Positions 18,583-28,409 of a stretch of DNA of 64,000 bases are shown here, one piece after another. The DNA lies in contig JAWBDT010000004.1 of NCBI GenBank assembly GCA_038821645.1, positions 46,927 through 110,926 of the forward strand. Direction: 5' to 3'. The translations under genes were made by a program, and so were the position numbers. The DNA is from Ignisphaera sp. Its GTDB lineage: Archaea > Thermoproteota > Thermoprotei_A > Sulfolobales > Ignisphaeraceae. The first letter of the stretch is position 1; each line of letters starts with the position of its first letter. The notes beneath the pieces were generated by a model. That model was not told the DNA's origin. It made no database searches and worked only from the letters and a program-made list of their open reading frames with translations.

Positions 18583-19980
18583 TTAGGTTAATGCTGTAGC
18601 TATTAAGAAGTATGTTGATACAGTAGCAATATCCCCTATACTTGTTACTACTGGAGCTGAAGCTGTTGCAGGATCTATCTTCATTTTAGCTAGTATTATC
18701 GGCAGTAACGCTCCAATAATATCAGCTACATAACAAGATACTGCTAGAGCTATTGACACAATAGACGCTATTCTTAGTGAATACATTAAGTTCATTGTGT
18801 TAATGTATGGTATTGTGAAACCTATCGTAAATGCTAATGGTGCTAAAAACATTAGCATAAATGTTGTTGTTACAAATTCTTTGAGTACAACTTTAGCTAT
18901 ATCGTTTTTAGATAATCTAATCTCTCCTGTAACAAGACCCCTCAAAATTAATGCTGTTGCTTGTGAGCCTATGTTACCTGAATTATCTGCCAACATAGGC
19001 ATGAAGGCTGCAAGTACAGCTACTTTCTGGATAACGTTCTCAAATGTGGCAACTATCCCTCCAGTCACCATATTTATAAGGTATAGATATATCAACATAG
19101 GTATTCTTCGGATAGCTAATCTGAATGGATGTAAAGCTATATAGCTACCACGTATAGTCTCTATAAAACCTCCATACTTCAGAAGATCTTCTGAATATTC
19201 GCTAACCATTACATCGAGAAGATCATCTAGAGACACTATGCCTAGGAATCGTCCATCGAGATCTACAACTGGAACTTCTACGAGATCGTAAGCAATGGCT
19301 ATTCTAGCAGCTTCTTCTCTATCACTAAAGGGATCTATATGTATTTGTACTTTCTCTACACATTTACTTAGCTTTATATCTCTAGGTCTTGTTAAAAGCA
19401 TCTTTACATCAATGTATCCCACAAGTTTTTTATCTCTATCAACAACATATATATGGTTATGTTTATCGTAGAGACCAAGCTTCATCTTATTTATATATAG
19501 ATCTATGGCTTCACCCACAGTCATATATTCTTCAAAAACAGGTACCTGAGTAGTCATTATACCTCCAACGCTTTCAGGTGGAAACTTCATAACCTTTGCA
19601 ACTTCTGATGAAAGTCCACTTGGTAGAACCTTTAGTAGCTCAGTCCTCATTTTAGATGGAAGTTTAAAGAGAACATCAGCAATTTCATCTACAGGTAGTT
19701 TAGATAAAATCTTAGCTATATCGTCAATACCTTTAACAGAAGCAATTTCATACACAATCTCGTCGGGTAGACGGGCTAAAACTTCAATCAGATTATCAAG
19801 TTCTGTAGCTGTAAACAACTTCATTCTTTCATCGCTATCAAGTCTTAAAACAATATCCATAGCCTTAGGAGGATCAAGAGAATTAAATAGTTTGGCAGCT
19901 TCATCAAGCTTACCTTCCTTAATAAATCTCGAGATAGTGTCTATGATTTCTCCTATGTTGTTAAACATTACTTTAGCCAT
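18583..19980 (-). CDS. mgtE: Magnesium transporter MgtE
   Basis: Helical N-domain, two CBS domains, GNIGSQ, DPATASAP.VTSIGD. Start placed at ATG 19980 (after GGCGA) rather than 20082. Confidence 0.92.
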   Translation of the reverse strand: MAKVMFNNIGEIIDTISRFIKEGKLDEAAKLFNSLDPPKAMDIVLRLDSDERMKLFTATELDNLIEVLARLPDEIVYEIASVKGIDDIAKILSKLPVDEIADVLFKLPSKMRTELLKVLPSGLSSEVAKVMKFPPESVGGIMTTQVPVFEEYMTVGEAIDLYINKMKLGLYDKHNHIYVVDRDKKLVGYIDVKMLLTRPRDIKLSKCVEKVQIHIDPFSDREEAARIAIAYDLVEVPVVDLDGRFLGIVSLDDLLDVMVSEYSEDLLKYGGFIETIRGSYIALHPFRLAIRRIPMLIYLYLINMVTGGIVATFENVIQKVAVLAAFMPMLADNSGNIGSQATALILRGLVTGEIRLSKNDIAKVVLKEFVTTTFMLMFLAPLAFTIGFTIPYINTMNLMYSLRIASIVSIALAVSCYVADIIGALLPIILAKMKIDPATASAPVVTSIGDIATVSTYFLIATALT

Positions 19981-20258
19981 TTTATCGCCTTTAGAGTAAA
20001 GATTATCCATAATATTAAGTTTTATAGTTTCGTAAGTATTTATGGGCTGATTTATTGATTGATATGTTTTATCCATTATCAAGCTGAGTTCTCTACCTAA
20101 ATATCATGAACACTAAGTTTCAGAAAAAGATCTATCTATAGATCTATTGATGTAGTACTGTAAATTCTTAGAGAAATCACTATATTTGAACATTGCTAAA
20201 ATGATACTTAATGGATATAATATATGGCTAGATTAATGAATAGATCTCTATAGATTAT

Positions 20259-21104
20259 TTACTTCTTTATAATATAGTCCTCAAGCTTCTTATATGAATC
20301 CCTATATTCGTTATCTTCTTCAAAACCACGCCTACATTCTACACCTATATCTCTACACAGTTTAGACACTTTGGCGTAGAATTCATGCCACTGATATCTA
20401 GAGCTTGTAATGACGATATCATGCCACTGATGATCAATCCACATAAATCTCTTGATCCTAAGCTTATCCACATAAACTATGCTTCTGGTTTCTCTAGCTA
20501 TCTCCAAAACATGCTGAATTTTATCGAAATCGTCGTTATATCCAGGTATTACAGGTCCATAGAAAATCCATGTCTTGAGACCAGAAGTAGAGAGTTTCTT
20601 TAAAGCATTTATACGTGCTGAAGGAGGTGATGAATATGGTTCAAAGCGATTCATAGGTGATGTATCTTCTACAGAAGTAATAGTTATACCTATGTCTATC
20701 AAGTTTCTGTATCTTAGAAATAGATCTAGATCCCTCAAGATTTGCGAACTCTTGGTCTGAATACTTACCTTAAATCCATGTCTAACTAGAATCTCTACAG
20801 CCTTTCTAGTGAGTCTATATAGAGCTTCAATAGGTTGATAAGGATCTGTTATAGTTCCAATACCTATAGTTCCTTTCTTGACTTTCTTAATCTCCTTCAT
20901 TAAAATCTCAATTAAGTTCTTCTTTATAGCTACAGTACTACCCCAGTTATCAACTACTTCACGAAGATTTGTATACATTTTTGCATAACAGTAGAGACAG
21001 CCATGGCTACAACCTATATAGGGATTCAATGCATAATCTATATCGGGTAGCCCTGAATTCGATAAAGCTCTCTCTACAGTTATCTCTAGTACCTTTATTC
21101 TCAT
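20259..21104 (-). CDS. Radical SAM protein, SplB/COG1533-like
   Basis: LNPYIGCSHGCLYCYA, TDPYQPIE, IQTKS, RD.DL, EP....P..R. Confidence 0.88.
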   Translation of the reverse strand: MRIKVLEITVERALSNSGLPDIDYALNPYIGCSHGCLYCYAKMYTNLREVVDNWGSTVAIKKNLIEILMKEIKKVKKGTIGIGTITDPYQPIEALYRLTRKAVEILVRHGFKVSIQTKSSQILRDLDLFLRYRNLIDIGITITSVEDTSPMNRFEPYSSPPSARINALKKLSTSGLKTWIFYGPVIPGYNDDFDKIQHVLEIARETRSIVYVDKLRIKRFMWIDHQWHDIVITSSRYQWHEFYAKVSKLCRDIGVECRRGFEEDNEYRDSYKKLEDYIIKK

Positions 21105-21297
21105 ACATCTACCACTTTAACTTGCCCTATATTTAACTAAGTAATAAGCTTCAAACATAGATATATCAACCAGATTTACGAGAACACAATGATTATAGGT
21201 AAATGATTCACAATATTAATGCTGTATCAAATCTTATAAACAGGTATTTCTAGATGATCTAACTGAATAGTATACAAAAGGTATAAAGGTTATTGCC

Positions 21298-21513
21298 GTG
21301 GATTTTCATGTATGTATGAAACATGTATGTCTAGAGCTCTCAGAAGATTTGGGTCTATTGACTATAAGTAGATACGAAGAAAACCATATTGAGGTTTTCA
21401 GAGTAGAGCTAGATGATGTAGATGAAGCTATAGAGATTTTGGAAGAAATAGCTGAACTCGCAAATACTGTTGTTCAGTATCTTAAAGAACTTAAGCTAGT
21501 AAAAGGCTTCTAG
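21298..21513 (+). CDS. Small acidic hypothetical protein
   Basis: 71-aa ORF with GTG start and a helical acidic C-half, in an otherwise empty gap. Confidence 0.55.
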   Translation: MDFHVCMKHVCLELSEDLGLLTISRYEENHIEVFRVELDDVDEAIEILEEIAELANTVVQYLKELKLVKGF

Positions 21514-21592
21514 CATTATTCATTAAAACAAACCTTTAAACCTGTTTAATAATTAAATAATAAGTAGTAAGGATGTACTACTGTGGTTATAT

Positions 21593-22468
21593 ATGGCTTC
21601 TAGTGATATTCTCTATAAAGTTTGTAGAGATGAATATGAGGCATACACTTTATATAGAGCGTTAACGAAATCTAGATGGGGTAAGAAGTATAGAAGTATC
21701 TTAGAGAAGGCAGCTGAAGATGAGCTTCACCACTATAGGTTTTGGACAAGTGTTGTAGGAAAATGTACAACGAATTTCACTAGGATCAAAGTGCTTCTAT
21801 ACACAATTGTGCTATATCTTTTCGGTTTAACGGTTACACTAAAGTTTATAGAATCTAGAGAAACAGATGCGTCAAGGATCTATAGAGAATTATCTGAATC
21901 CAGACCTGATTTAAAGGATAGTTTAAGCAAGATTATAGGTGATGAGGAAAGACATGAAGCAGAATTTGCTTCAAGTATAGATGAAGGTAGGGTTAGGTAT
22001 CTAGGCTCTATAACTTTAGGTATTTCTGATGCACTTATAGAATTAACAGGTATATACACAGGTTCTCTAGGAGCTTTTGAAAATACTATTAGTGCAGGTC
22101 TAACAGGATTTCTAGCTGGTGTAGCAGCATCTATATCTATGGGTATTGCTTCTTATTCTCAAGCTAAACATGAAGCTTATAAGAATCCCAAGCTATCTGC
22201 TTTATATACATCTATTGCATATCTGATTGTTGTTATTCTTCTAGCTTTACCGTACTTTGTTATAAAGTCAATGATTTTTGCATTCATGGCTATGGTGATT
22301 ATAGCTATAGTTGTTGTAGCTTATATGACGTTCTATACAACTGTACTACATAATAGAAACTATTTAAGAGAATTTATAGAGACTACAACTATGATCTTAG
22401 GTGTATCGCTACTACTCTATATATTAGGCTCGATATTAGGTAAATTAATAGGGATAGAAATTAAGTAA
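21593..22468 (+). CDS. Rubrerythrin/ferritin-like domain fused to VIT1/CCC1 iron transporter (MbfA-like)
   Basis: Diiron motifs DE..A...Y, DELHH, E.....Y, DEERHE; then LGISDALIE, GVAASISMG and five TM segments. Confidence 0.87.
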   Translation: MASSDILYKVCRDEYEAYTLYRALTKSRWGKKYRSILEKAAEDELHHYRFWTSVVGKCTTNFTRIKVLLYTIVLYLFGLTVTLKFIESRETDASRIYRELSESRPDLKDSLSKIIGDEERHEAEFASSIDEGRVRYLGSITLGISDALIELTGIYTGSLGAFENTISAGLTGFLAGVAASISMGIASYSQAKHEAYKNPKLSALYTSIAYLIVVILLALPYFVIKSMIFAFMAMVIIAIVVVAYMTFYTTVLHNRNYLREFIETTTMILGVSLLLYILGSILGKLIGIEIK

Positions 22469-22479
22469 ACAGGATATAG

Positions 22480-22528
22480 GTGATGTGCTCAGGCGGCACT
22501 GAACTGTGATGTAATCAGTCTTGGCTGA
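22480..22528 (+). ncRNA. Box C/D methylation guide sRNA targeting 16S rRNA
   Basis: GTGATGT-GCTCAGGCGGCA-CTGA-ACT-GTGATGT-AATCAGTCTTGG-CTGA. The guides pair with adjacent conserved 16S sites GCCGCCUGGG and CAAG(A/G)CUGA. Confidence 0.88.
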
Positions 22529-22533
22529 TCAAA

Positions 22534-23067
22534 TTGAAGAGAAGAACACACAATATCTTTAGCTTCGCTATAGCTCTATGGATATCCACATACCTACATA
22601 TAATAGACAGTCTAATCTACGCTATATCTATATCACTATTTTTTGCTATAGCTTTGAATTGGCTTATAGATAGTCTAGCAGGACACAAGGGTATGAGGAG
22701 GACACCATATACACATTCACCAATTGGTGTCTTAATGCTTTCTCTACTCTTGGTAGCGTCTATGGCTATAGTCTTACGTACTATTGGAGCAAATATGTCG
22801 TTACATGAGTTTCTAGACCTCTTGCTCTTAGCATATATTGTTGGTGCATCCCATCTATTTCTAGATATGCTTACAGCAGATGGTGTGTACCTTATATGGC
22901 CTTTTGGCAACACTAAGATCTCGCTTCTAAAGGCTAGATACGACAATAGGTTGCTCAACAATTTTGTACAGTTCTTATCAATAGTAATCATAGTTCTATT
23001 AATTCTCAAGCTATCTGGTTATAATATATTCAGTTATTTAAAGTTTTTAACCTTGATATATGGATAA
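22534..23067 (+). CDS. Membrane-bound metal-dependent hydrolase (YdjM/DUF457-like)
   Basis: TH, D..GH..RRTPYTHS, SHLFLDMLT.DGV...WP motifs. Confidence 0.82.
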   Translation: MKRRTHNIFSFAIALWISTYLHIIDSLIYAISISLFFAIALNWLIDSLAGHKGMRRTPYTHSPIGVLMLSLLLVASMAIVLRTIGANMSLHEFLDLLLLAYIVGASHLFLDMLTADGVYLIWPFGNTKISLLKARYDNRLLNNFVQFLSIVIIVLLILKLSGYNIFSYLKFLTLIYG

Positions 23068-23125
23068 AATTCTAAGAACAGATAAATCCAACTCTATTAC
23101 TAGATCCGGCTCATGAATAGCCATA

Positions 23126-23632
23126 ATGTGGGGACTAAGGATGAAGCTTCGCTATTCACGTATAGTTAAAATGGCTATGGTTGCAGCAATATATGCCGCT
23201 CTAACAATGGGTTTAGCGCCTATAAGTTATGGACCTATACAAGTTAGGATTGCTGATGCTCTACTGCCTCTACCATATCTAGAATTCTTTGGATTATCTT
23301 CTGCTATAGGACTTTCATTAGGTTGTGCTCTTGCTAATATGCTTTCTCCTTACGCTATATACGATATAGCTATAGGTTCGATAGCAAATCTATTTGCTGG
23401 TACAGTTGCATGGTTTATAGGTAAAATCTATAGGAGAAGCCTATATGGTGTAATCCTTGCGTCACTTGCTCAAACAGCTATAGTGACATTTATGGTTGGA
23501 TATTTGTTGCTACATCTATTGTTTAATGTAGAGCTAAGTATAGCTATTTTAGGGGTTTTTAGCGGTAGCATAATCAGTATATCTATCTTAGGTACAATGC
23601 TAGTTATGTTTCTAATGAGAAGAGTGGCTTAG
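23126..23632 (+). CDS. queT: QueT-family ECF S component (7-deazaguanine precursor uptake)
   Basis: AAIYAALT...PISYGPIQVRIAD, GL.LGC.LAN..SP....D...G. Confidence 0.85.
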   Translation: MWGLRMKLRYSRIVKMAMVAAIYAALTMGLAPISYGPIQVRIADALLPLPYLEFFGLSSAIGLSLGCALANMLSPYAIYDIAIGSIANLFAGTVAWFIGKIYRRSLYGVILASLAQTAIVTFMVGYLLLHLLFNVELSIAILGVFSGSIISISILGTMLVMFLMRRVA

Positions 23633-23633
23633 A

Positions 23634-24335
23634 TTGATAGAGGTACGGAATATTGTAGTTGAATTTAGTGGAAAAACTATACTAAAGAATATATCGCTAG
23701 ATATCAGTAAAGGACTTTACCTATTGCTAGGGAGAAATGGTTCAGGAAAAACAACGTTACTAAAGACCATTAGCGCTCTTGTTAAGCCTACACAAGGTTT
23801 TGTGAAAGTTTATGGAAAAGATATACATAAGCTTTCTAGAAAGGAGATAGCAAAACTTGTTGGTTATGTTTGGCAAAATCCTTATGCAGGATTTGTAGAA
23901 GCTTCTGTAGAAGATGAAATTAGATTCAGTTCTAGTGTGCTTGGGGTTGATCTAAATATGGATATAGTTGAGATGCTTGTACCTAGACATATCATTGATA
24001 GAGATCCTTTTACACTTAGTGGTGGTGAAGCAAAAAGAGTATCTATAGCAAGTGTATTAGCTATTGATCAACCGGTATGGCTTCTCGATGAACCTTTCGA
24101 TTATCTTGATAGTGAAGGTGTAGAAGCTGTTGTTAATGTCGTTAAATATGGTTTAGAGAGAGGAAAAACTATTGTTATTGCTTCAACTAATACAGGATTC
24201 ATAGAGTTAATCAAGCCTGATAGTGTGATTATAATAGATAGTGGTATTATTGTCTATAGAGATGTATTGAAGAATTTATCAGAAGATATGTTAAAGAGGT
24301 TCGGGATACCGTCTAAGGGGATGTTGTGTGGCTGA
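23634..24335 (+). CDS. ECF transporter ATPase (A component)
   Basis: GRNGSGKTT, VWQNP, LSGGE.KR, LLDEP. Confidence 0.85.
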   Translation: MIEVRNIVVEFSGKTILKNISLDISKGLYLLLGRNGSGKTTLLKTISALVKPTQGFVKVYGKDIHKLSRKEIAKLVGYVWQNPYAGFVEASVEDEIRFSSSVLGVDLNMDIVEMLVPRHIIDRDPFTLSGGEAKRVSIASVLAIDQPVWLLDEPFDYLDSEGVEAVVNVVKYGLERGKTIVIASTNTGFIELIKPDSVIIIDSGIIVYRDVLKNLSEDMLKRFGIPSKGMLCG

Positions 24336-24906
24336 ACTTGTTGAAGAAGTTCTAGAGATTCAGTATGGTAGAACATTTCTTCATAGCTATAGAGCTATAT
24401 ATCTAAAGACAGTCTTGGTTTTAATGACACTGGTCTCTAGAGCTCTAGGGCTTTACGTAATGATCATTGTACTGATCTTCAATACAATCATGCTTGCTTA
24501 TGCAGGAGCTTTACGTTTGTATCTACGTGTGTTATTGTTGTGGTTAATGCTCTCGAGCATAATCATAGCTATAGACTACTTGTTTGCATCACTATCTCTC
24601 ATAGTTTTTTTAAATCTTTTATATGGTTTTACAAGTTTTACATCTCTAGCCTTATTTTTTATTACAACACCTCCTCAGCATATAAGGAAGGTTGTAGGAT
24701 TCAATGTGTTATCACTTTCCTATCTCTTCTTGAGGTTAGCCTTAAGAGATGTGGTAGATATTGTTGATGCTCTAAGAGCTAGAGGATGGAGTGTTAGAGG
24801 TAATCCTTTAAAGCATGTATATGCACTTAGAGCTGTAGGCAATTCTCTCATAACGAAGATCAATTACTCTATAGATAGCATTAGAGCTAGAGGTTTAGAA
24901 GAGTAA
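24328..24906 (+). CDS. ECF transporter T component
   Basis: TM protein with two conserved ARG motifs (LRARG, IRARG). Confidence 0.8.
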   Translation: MAELVEEVLEIQYGRTFLHSYRAIYLKTVLVLMTLVSRALGLYVMIIVLIFNTIMLAYAGALRLYLRVLLLWLMLSSIIIAIDYLFASLSLIVFLNLLYGFTSFTSLALFFITTPPQHIRKVVGFNVLSLSYLFLRLALRDVVDIVDALRARGWSVRGNPLKHVYALRAVGNSLITKINYSIDSIRARGLEE

Positions 24907-24915
24907 TTTGAGTAG

Positions 24916-26073
24916 TTATTGAAGATAGTATTTGATGAAGTATATTAGTGATAGAAATGATGAGACAGGGTAAAGTATGCACAATACTTGTGGCCCTAAG
25001 AAATCGTATAGAGCACCACCAATAATATTCCCTATAGCCCAAGCTGTGCCCCACACAAATCCAAGCCAACCAAATCCTAATGCTCTCTCATTTACTGATG
25101 ACGCTATATCAGCTACAGCTGCTCTCAAGACAGATTCATAACTACAGAGAACTATACCGTATAGAGCTGAAGCTATAACTAACAGTATTATGTTTCTAGA
25201 TATGAGCATTAGCGGTGCTATGAACATTGAGGCCAAGGGTATCAATACGAGTATAGATACACCGTATCTATCGTATGCTATACCTAGAGGTAGTGCAACA
25301 AGAGCGTCAACGATCATCGCTATTGCATAGAGAGCAGGTATATAGCCTTCGGGTACAACATGTGTGTACTTCAGATGGTATGAAGCTATGCCCCAGTGAA
25401 TTAATCCGAAGCTTAATAGTGCTGTAAAAATCATATATGTTTTGAGGGATCTATTGTTAGCTATATCGAGAGATCTGATTGAACCGTTTTTCGCAAAACC
25501 TATATTTGGGTATAGAAAGGAAGAAATAGTAATCAGAATTACAGCTATTAGAGCAATAGGTAGAAGAGATACATATGCATAGGAGTATCCTTTTCCATAG
25601 GTTAATGCATAACTAACCATAAGGGGTCCAAGAAGAGCTCCCACTTGATCTAGAAGTTCATGGATACCAAATCCCTTTCCTCTACCTATTGCTTTATCTG
25701 TTATATCAGCTATTAGTACATCTCTTGCGGGAGATCTAAGACCTTTACCAATCCTCTCTATAAGGTAGAGTAGTAATGCTATGTACCAGTTATTAACGAA
25801 AGCTAAGAAAGGTATGGCTACAACTAGTGCATAACCAAGAATTATTATAGACCATAAAAGCTTACTACTTCTCCTCATAGATACGACAAGACTTGCGGGA
25901 AGTCTGAGAGCGTAGCCTAGGAATTCGCCTAGAGCAAGAAGACCTGCAGCTATAGCGGGTGCTCTGAGATGCTCGAGGAATTGTCCAGAGATAGACCTAC
26001 CACCCTCATAAGCTACATCTGCTGTTAGAGAAACTAAGGATAAGAGTATAAACACTATAATCAATCTATCCAT
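24916..26073 (-). CDS. MFS transporter
   Basis: About 12 TM segments, ERIGKGLRSPARD, GFGIHELLDQVGA, AYDRYG. Confidence 0.88.
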   Translation of the reverse strand: MDRLIIVFILLSLVSLTADVAYEGGRSISGQFLEHLRAPAIAAGLLALGEFLGYALRLPASLVVSMRRSSKLLWSIIILGYALVVAIPFLAFVNNWYIALLLYLIERIGKGLRSPARDVLIADITDKAIGRGKGFGIHELLDQVGALLGPLMVSYALTYGKGYSYAYVSLLPIALIAVILITISSFLYPNIGFAKNGSIRSLDIANNRSLKTYMIFTALLSFGLIHWGIASYHLKYTHVVPEGYIPALYAIAMIVDALVALPLGIAYDRYGVSILVLIPLASMFIAPLMLISRNIILLVIASALYGIVLCSYESVLRAAVADIASSVNERALGFGWLGFVWGTAWAIGNIIGGALYDFLGPQVLCILYPVSSFLSLIYFIKYYLQ

Positions 26074-26195
26074 TTTAAACCCGTATTATGCACTACCATT
26101 TCTATTTCCAGAATATTGAGTCTGTCACATATTTAAGCCTTTATAGTAAGGTGAGTAAATCAGTAAGCAGTATCCGGAGATAGGTGTTCCTATAG

Positions 26196-27191
26196 TTGGT
26201 ATCTGTTAAATGTCGATATTGTGATAGACCAGCTGTTACAATAGTTAGATATGCGAAACTTAACCTATGTACTGAACATTTTAGTGAATTCATTGAGTCG
26301 AGAGTTGAGGAGACTATTAAGAGGTATAGAATGATTAAGAAAGGAGATAGAGTTGTTCTAGCTGTTTCAGGTGGAAAAGATAGTGTTGGTTTGATGTATA
26401 TCATGAATTCATTGTCAAAGAGAATAGGGTTTAGCTATACGGTATTGCATATAGATCTAGGTATAGATGAATATTCTAGAAGATCGAGAAAAGTTGTAGA
26501 AAAGCATTGTAGAGAGCTCGGTATAGATTGCATAGTTATAGATCTAGGTATAGATCTTGGATTCACATTGCCTCAATTTGTATCGAAGCTTAGAACAAAA
26601 AGAGTGTGCTCGTTGTGTGGCATAGTTAAGAGATACATTATGAACGCTGTGGCTTTAGAAACTAAGGCAGACTCTATAGCAACAGCACATCATGCTGATG
26701 ATATTTTGGTGTACCTGTTTAAGAACTTCATTTTACAGGACTACACCTTCCTTAAGAAGCTTGTTCCTGTGAGTATTGGTGTTGAAGAAACTGTTGCTAC
26801 AAAGATAAGACCTATGTACGAGATATACGAGAGAGATATAGCATTATATACTATATTGAAAGGTTTAGAGTTTGTAGATCTTGAATGTCCATTTAAGAAC
26901 GTAAAAGGATTTGAGGAATCTATAAAGAAGTTTATAGATGAGATCGAAAACAGGGCACCAGGTACGAAGATATCTATGCTTAGGAAGTATGCAAAAACAT
27001 TTTCACTAGATCGTCAGGAAAAGCCTATAGATTTAGGTAGATGCTCTATCTGTGGATTAATTTCTCAGAAAGATGTATGTACCTTCTGTAAATTAACAGA
27101 AAAAGCTTTTGGACAAGCAAAAGGATCCTTAGTTAAAGAAATAACTAGATCTAGATGTACTACATATTGTGTGAAACCTCATTTGAATTGA
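26196..27191 (+). CDS. ttuA: tRNA 2-thiolation enzyme TtuA/NcsA (TIGR00269-like)
   Basis: N-terminal CxxC..CxxH, PP-loop SGGKDS, CSLC, H.ADD, ECP, C-terminal CxxC..CxxC. Confidence 0.88.
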   Translation: MVSVKCRYCDRPAVTIVRYAKLNLCTEHFSEFIESRVEETIKRYRMIKKGDRVVLAVSGGKDSVGLMYIMNSLSKRIGFSYTVLHIDLGIDEYSRRSRKVVEKHCRELGIDCIVIDLGIDLGFTLPQFVSKLRTKRVCSLCGIVKRYIMNAVALETKADSIATAHHADDILVYLFKNFILQDYTFLKKLVPVSIGVEETVATKIRPMYEIYERDIALYTILKGLEFVDLECPFKNVKGFEESIKKFIDEIENRAPGTKISMLRKYAKTFSLDRQEKPIDLGRCSICGLISQKDVCTFCKLTEKAFGQAKGSLVKEITRSRCTTYCVKPHLN

Positions 27192-27206
27192 TATGGGGTA
27201 GAGGTA

Positions 27207-27917
27207 ATGTATATAGAATCGTTTGTAAATAGGTTGAGTGTTGAAGATATGGCAAAGCTTATTGACAATACTTTGCTTAAACCTGAAGCAACGTTAAAAG
27301 AAATTGTAAAGAGTATTGAAGAAACGAGAAACTATGGATTCAATTGCATCGTTCTTTCACCCTATCACGCTCTTCAAATTCTGTCTAATGGATTGTCAAG
27401 AGATGTCGATATATGTAGTGTTGTTGGGTTTCCAATGGGCTTTACATCAACAAGTATTAAGGTTATGGAGGCAGAAGAGCTTCTATCTCGTGGTGTTAAA
27501 GAAATAGATATGGTTATGAATATCCAGGCATTCAAAAGTAGCAGATATGATGAAGTGTTGAACGATATTGTAGCTGTTGTCGATGTAGCTAAAAGGTATG
27601 GAGCTATAGCCAAAGTCATTATAGAATCTCCTATACTAAGTTACACAGAGAAGATGAAGGCTGTTGAACTAGTTATTGAATCTGGAGCTCATTTCGTGAA
27701 AACATCAACAGGAATATTATCAAAGACTAATCTGCATGACGTATACACAATAGTTAAATTGGCTAGGGGTAGGGTTAAGGTAAAAGCTTCTGGAGGATTC
27801 AGAAACGCTGTTGATGTGCTTATGGCTCTAGCTATAGGTGCTAATAGAATTGGTACTTCATCAGCTGTACAGATAATTGAAGAGTTCAAGGTACTAAAAG
27901 AGACTAAGGCAATATAG
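27207..27917 (+). CDS. deoC: Deoxyribose-phosphate aldolase
   Basis: IDNTLLKP, VVGFPMG, EIDMV, KVIIE, FVKTSTG, KASGG, RIGTS. Confidence 0.95.
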   Translation: MYIESFVNRLSVEDMAKLIDNTLLKPEATLKEIVKSIEETRNYGFNCIVLSPYHALQILSNGLSRDVDICSVVGFPMGFTSTSIKVMEAEELLSRGVKEIDMVMNIQAFKSSRYDEVLNDIVAVVDVAKRYGAIAKVIIESPILSYTEKMKAVELVIESGAHFVKTSTGILSKTNLHDVYTIVKLARGRVKVKASGGFRNAVDVLMALAIGANRIGTSSAVQIIEEFKVLKETKAI

Positions 27918-27959
27918 CTATAGACGTAAGATTTATCTGTCAGAAAAGTTATGATATGT

Positions 27960-28028
27960 ATGGCTTTACAACTGAGCCGAAAGACGGCTCTGGATGAGTA
28001 AAGCAGGGACGTATTCACCGCTACATCT
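27960..28028 (+). ncRNA. K-turn hairpin RNA with 20-nt 16S rRNA antisense element and 3' ACA (atypical H/ACA-like guide)
   Basis: Stem GCTTTAC/GTAAAGC, K-turn CTGA/GGATGA, apical GCCG-AAAGA-CGGC. 28002-28021 is the reverse complement of archaeal 16S GCGGUGAAUACGUCCCUGCU. ACA at 28023-28025. Confidence 0.8.
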
Positions 28029-28409
28029 ATTACTCTACAATCAATGTTTTCCTTAACCAAGAGAATAGATTCATGTTTGGTATGAATCTAGGAATAATAT
28101 AATGGGATAAAAGTTATGATGATGGAGATGCAAAGGTATGGATATTGCTGAAGACTGGGAATTTGTCTAACAATATAGATGGAATTATTAAGAGATAATC
28201 CTAGGAATAATGAGGAAACATCTTTAGCGATCATGAGTTTATTTTTGAATAATTAATTAAATGTTTACTATATATAGCTACGTCAAGAGATAACGAGAAT
28301 AGGTGAAAATCCTTACCCATATATATGATCTTTCACATTCAATATAATGAGAGAAAAATACATATACCTCAGCTATCACTATATCTTCTGCTCGTAAGGC
28401 TCGAGATTT

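Noticed and set aside
19981-20082. Longer mgtE N-terminus in the ORF track
   Set aside because: The extension looks like promoter DNA; an SD-like GGCGA precedes ATG 19980.
17996-27191. JAMM protease plus TtuA as a ubiquitin-like sulfur-relay cluster
   Set aside because: About 8 kb apart with unrelated genes between; no ubiquitin-like or E1 gene in the window.
27972-28000. Hammerhead ribozyme-like CTGA...GAAA pattern
   Set aside because: Lacks the CUGANGA core and three-stem junction; better explained as a K-turn.
28116-28170. Possible fourth C/D sRNA (ATGATGA...CTGAAGA-12 nt-CTAA)
   Set aside because: D box degenerate, no D' box and no recognisable target.
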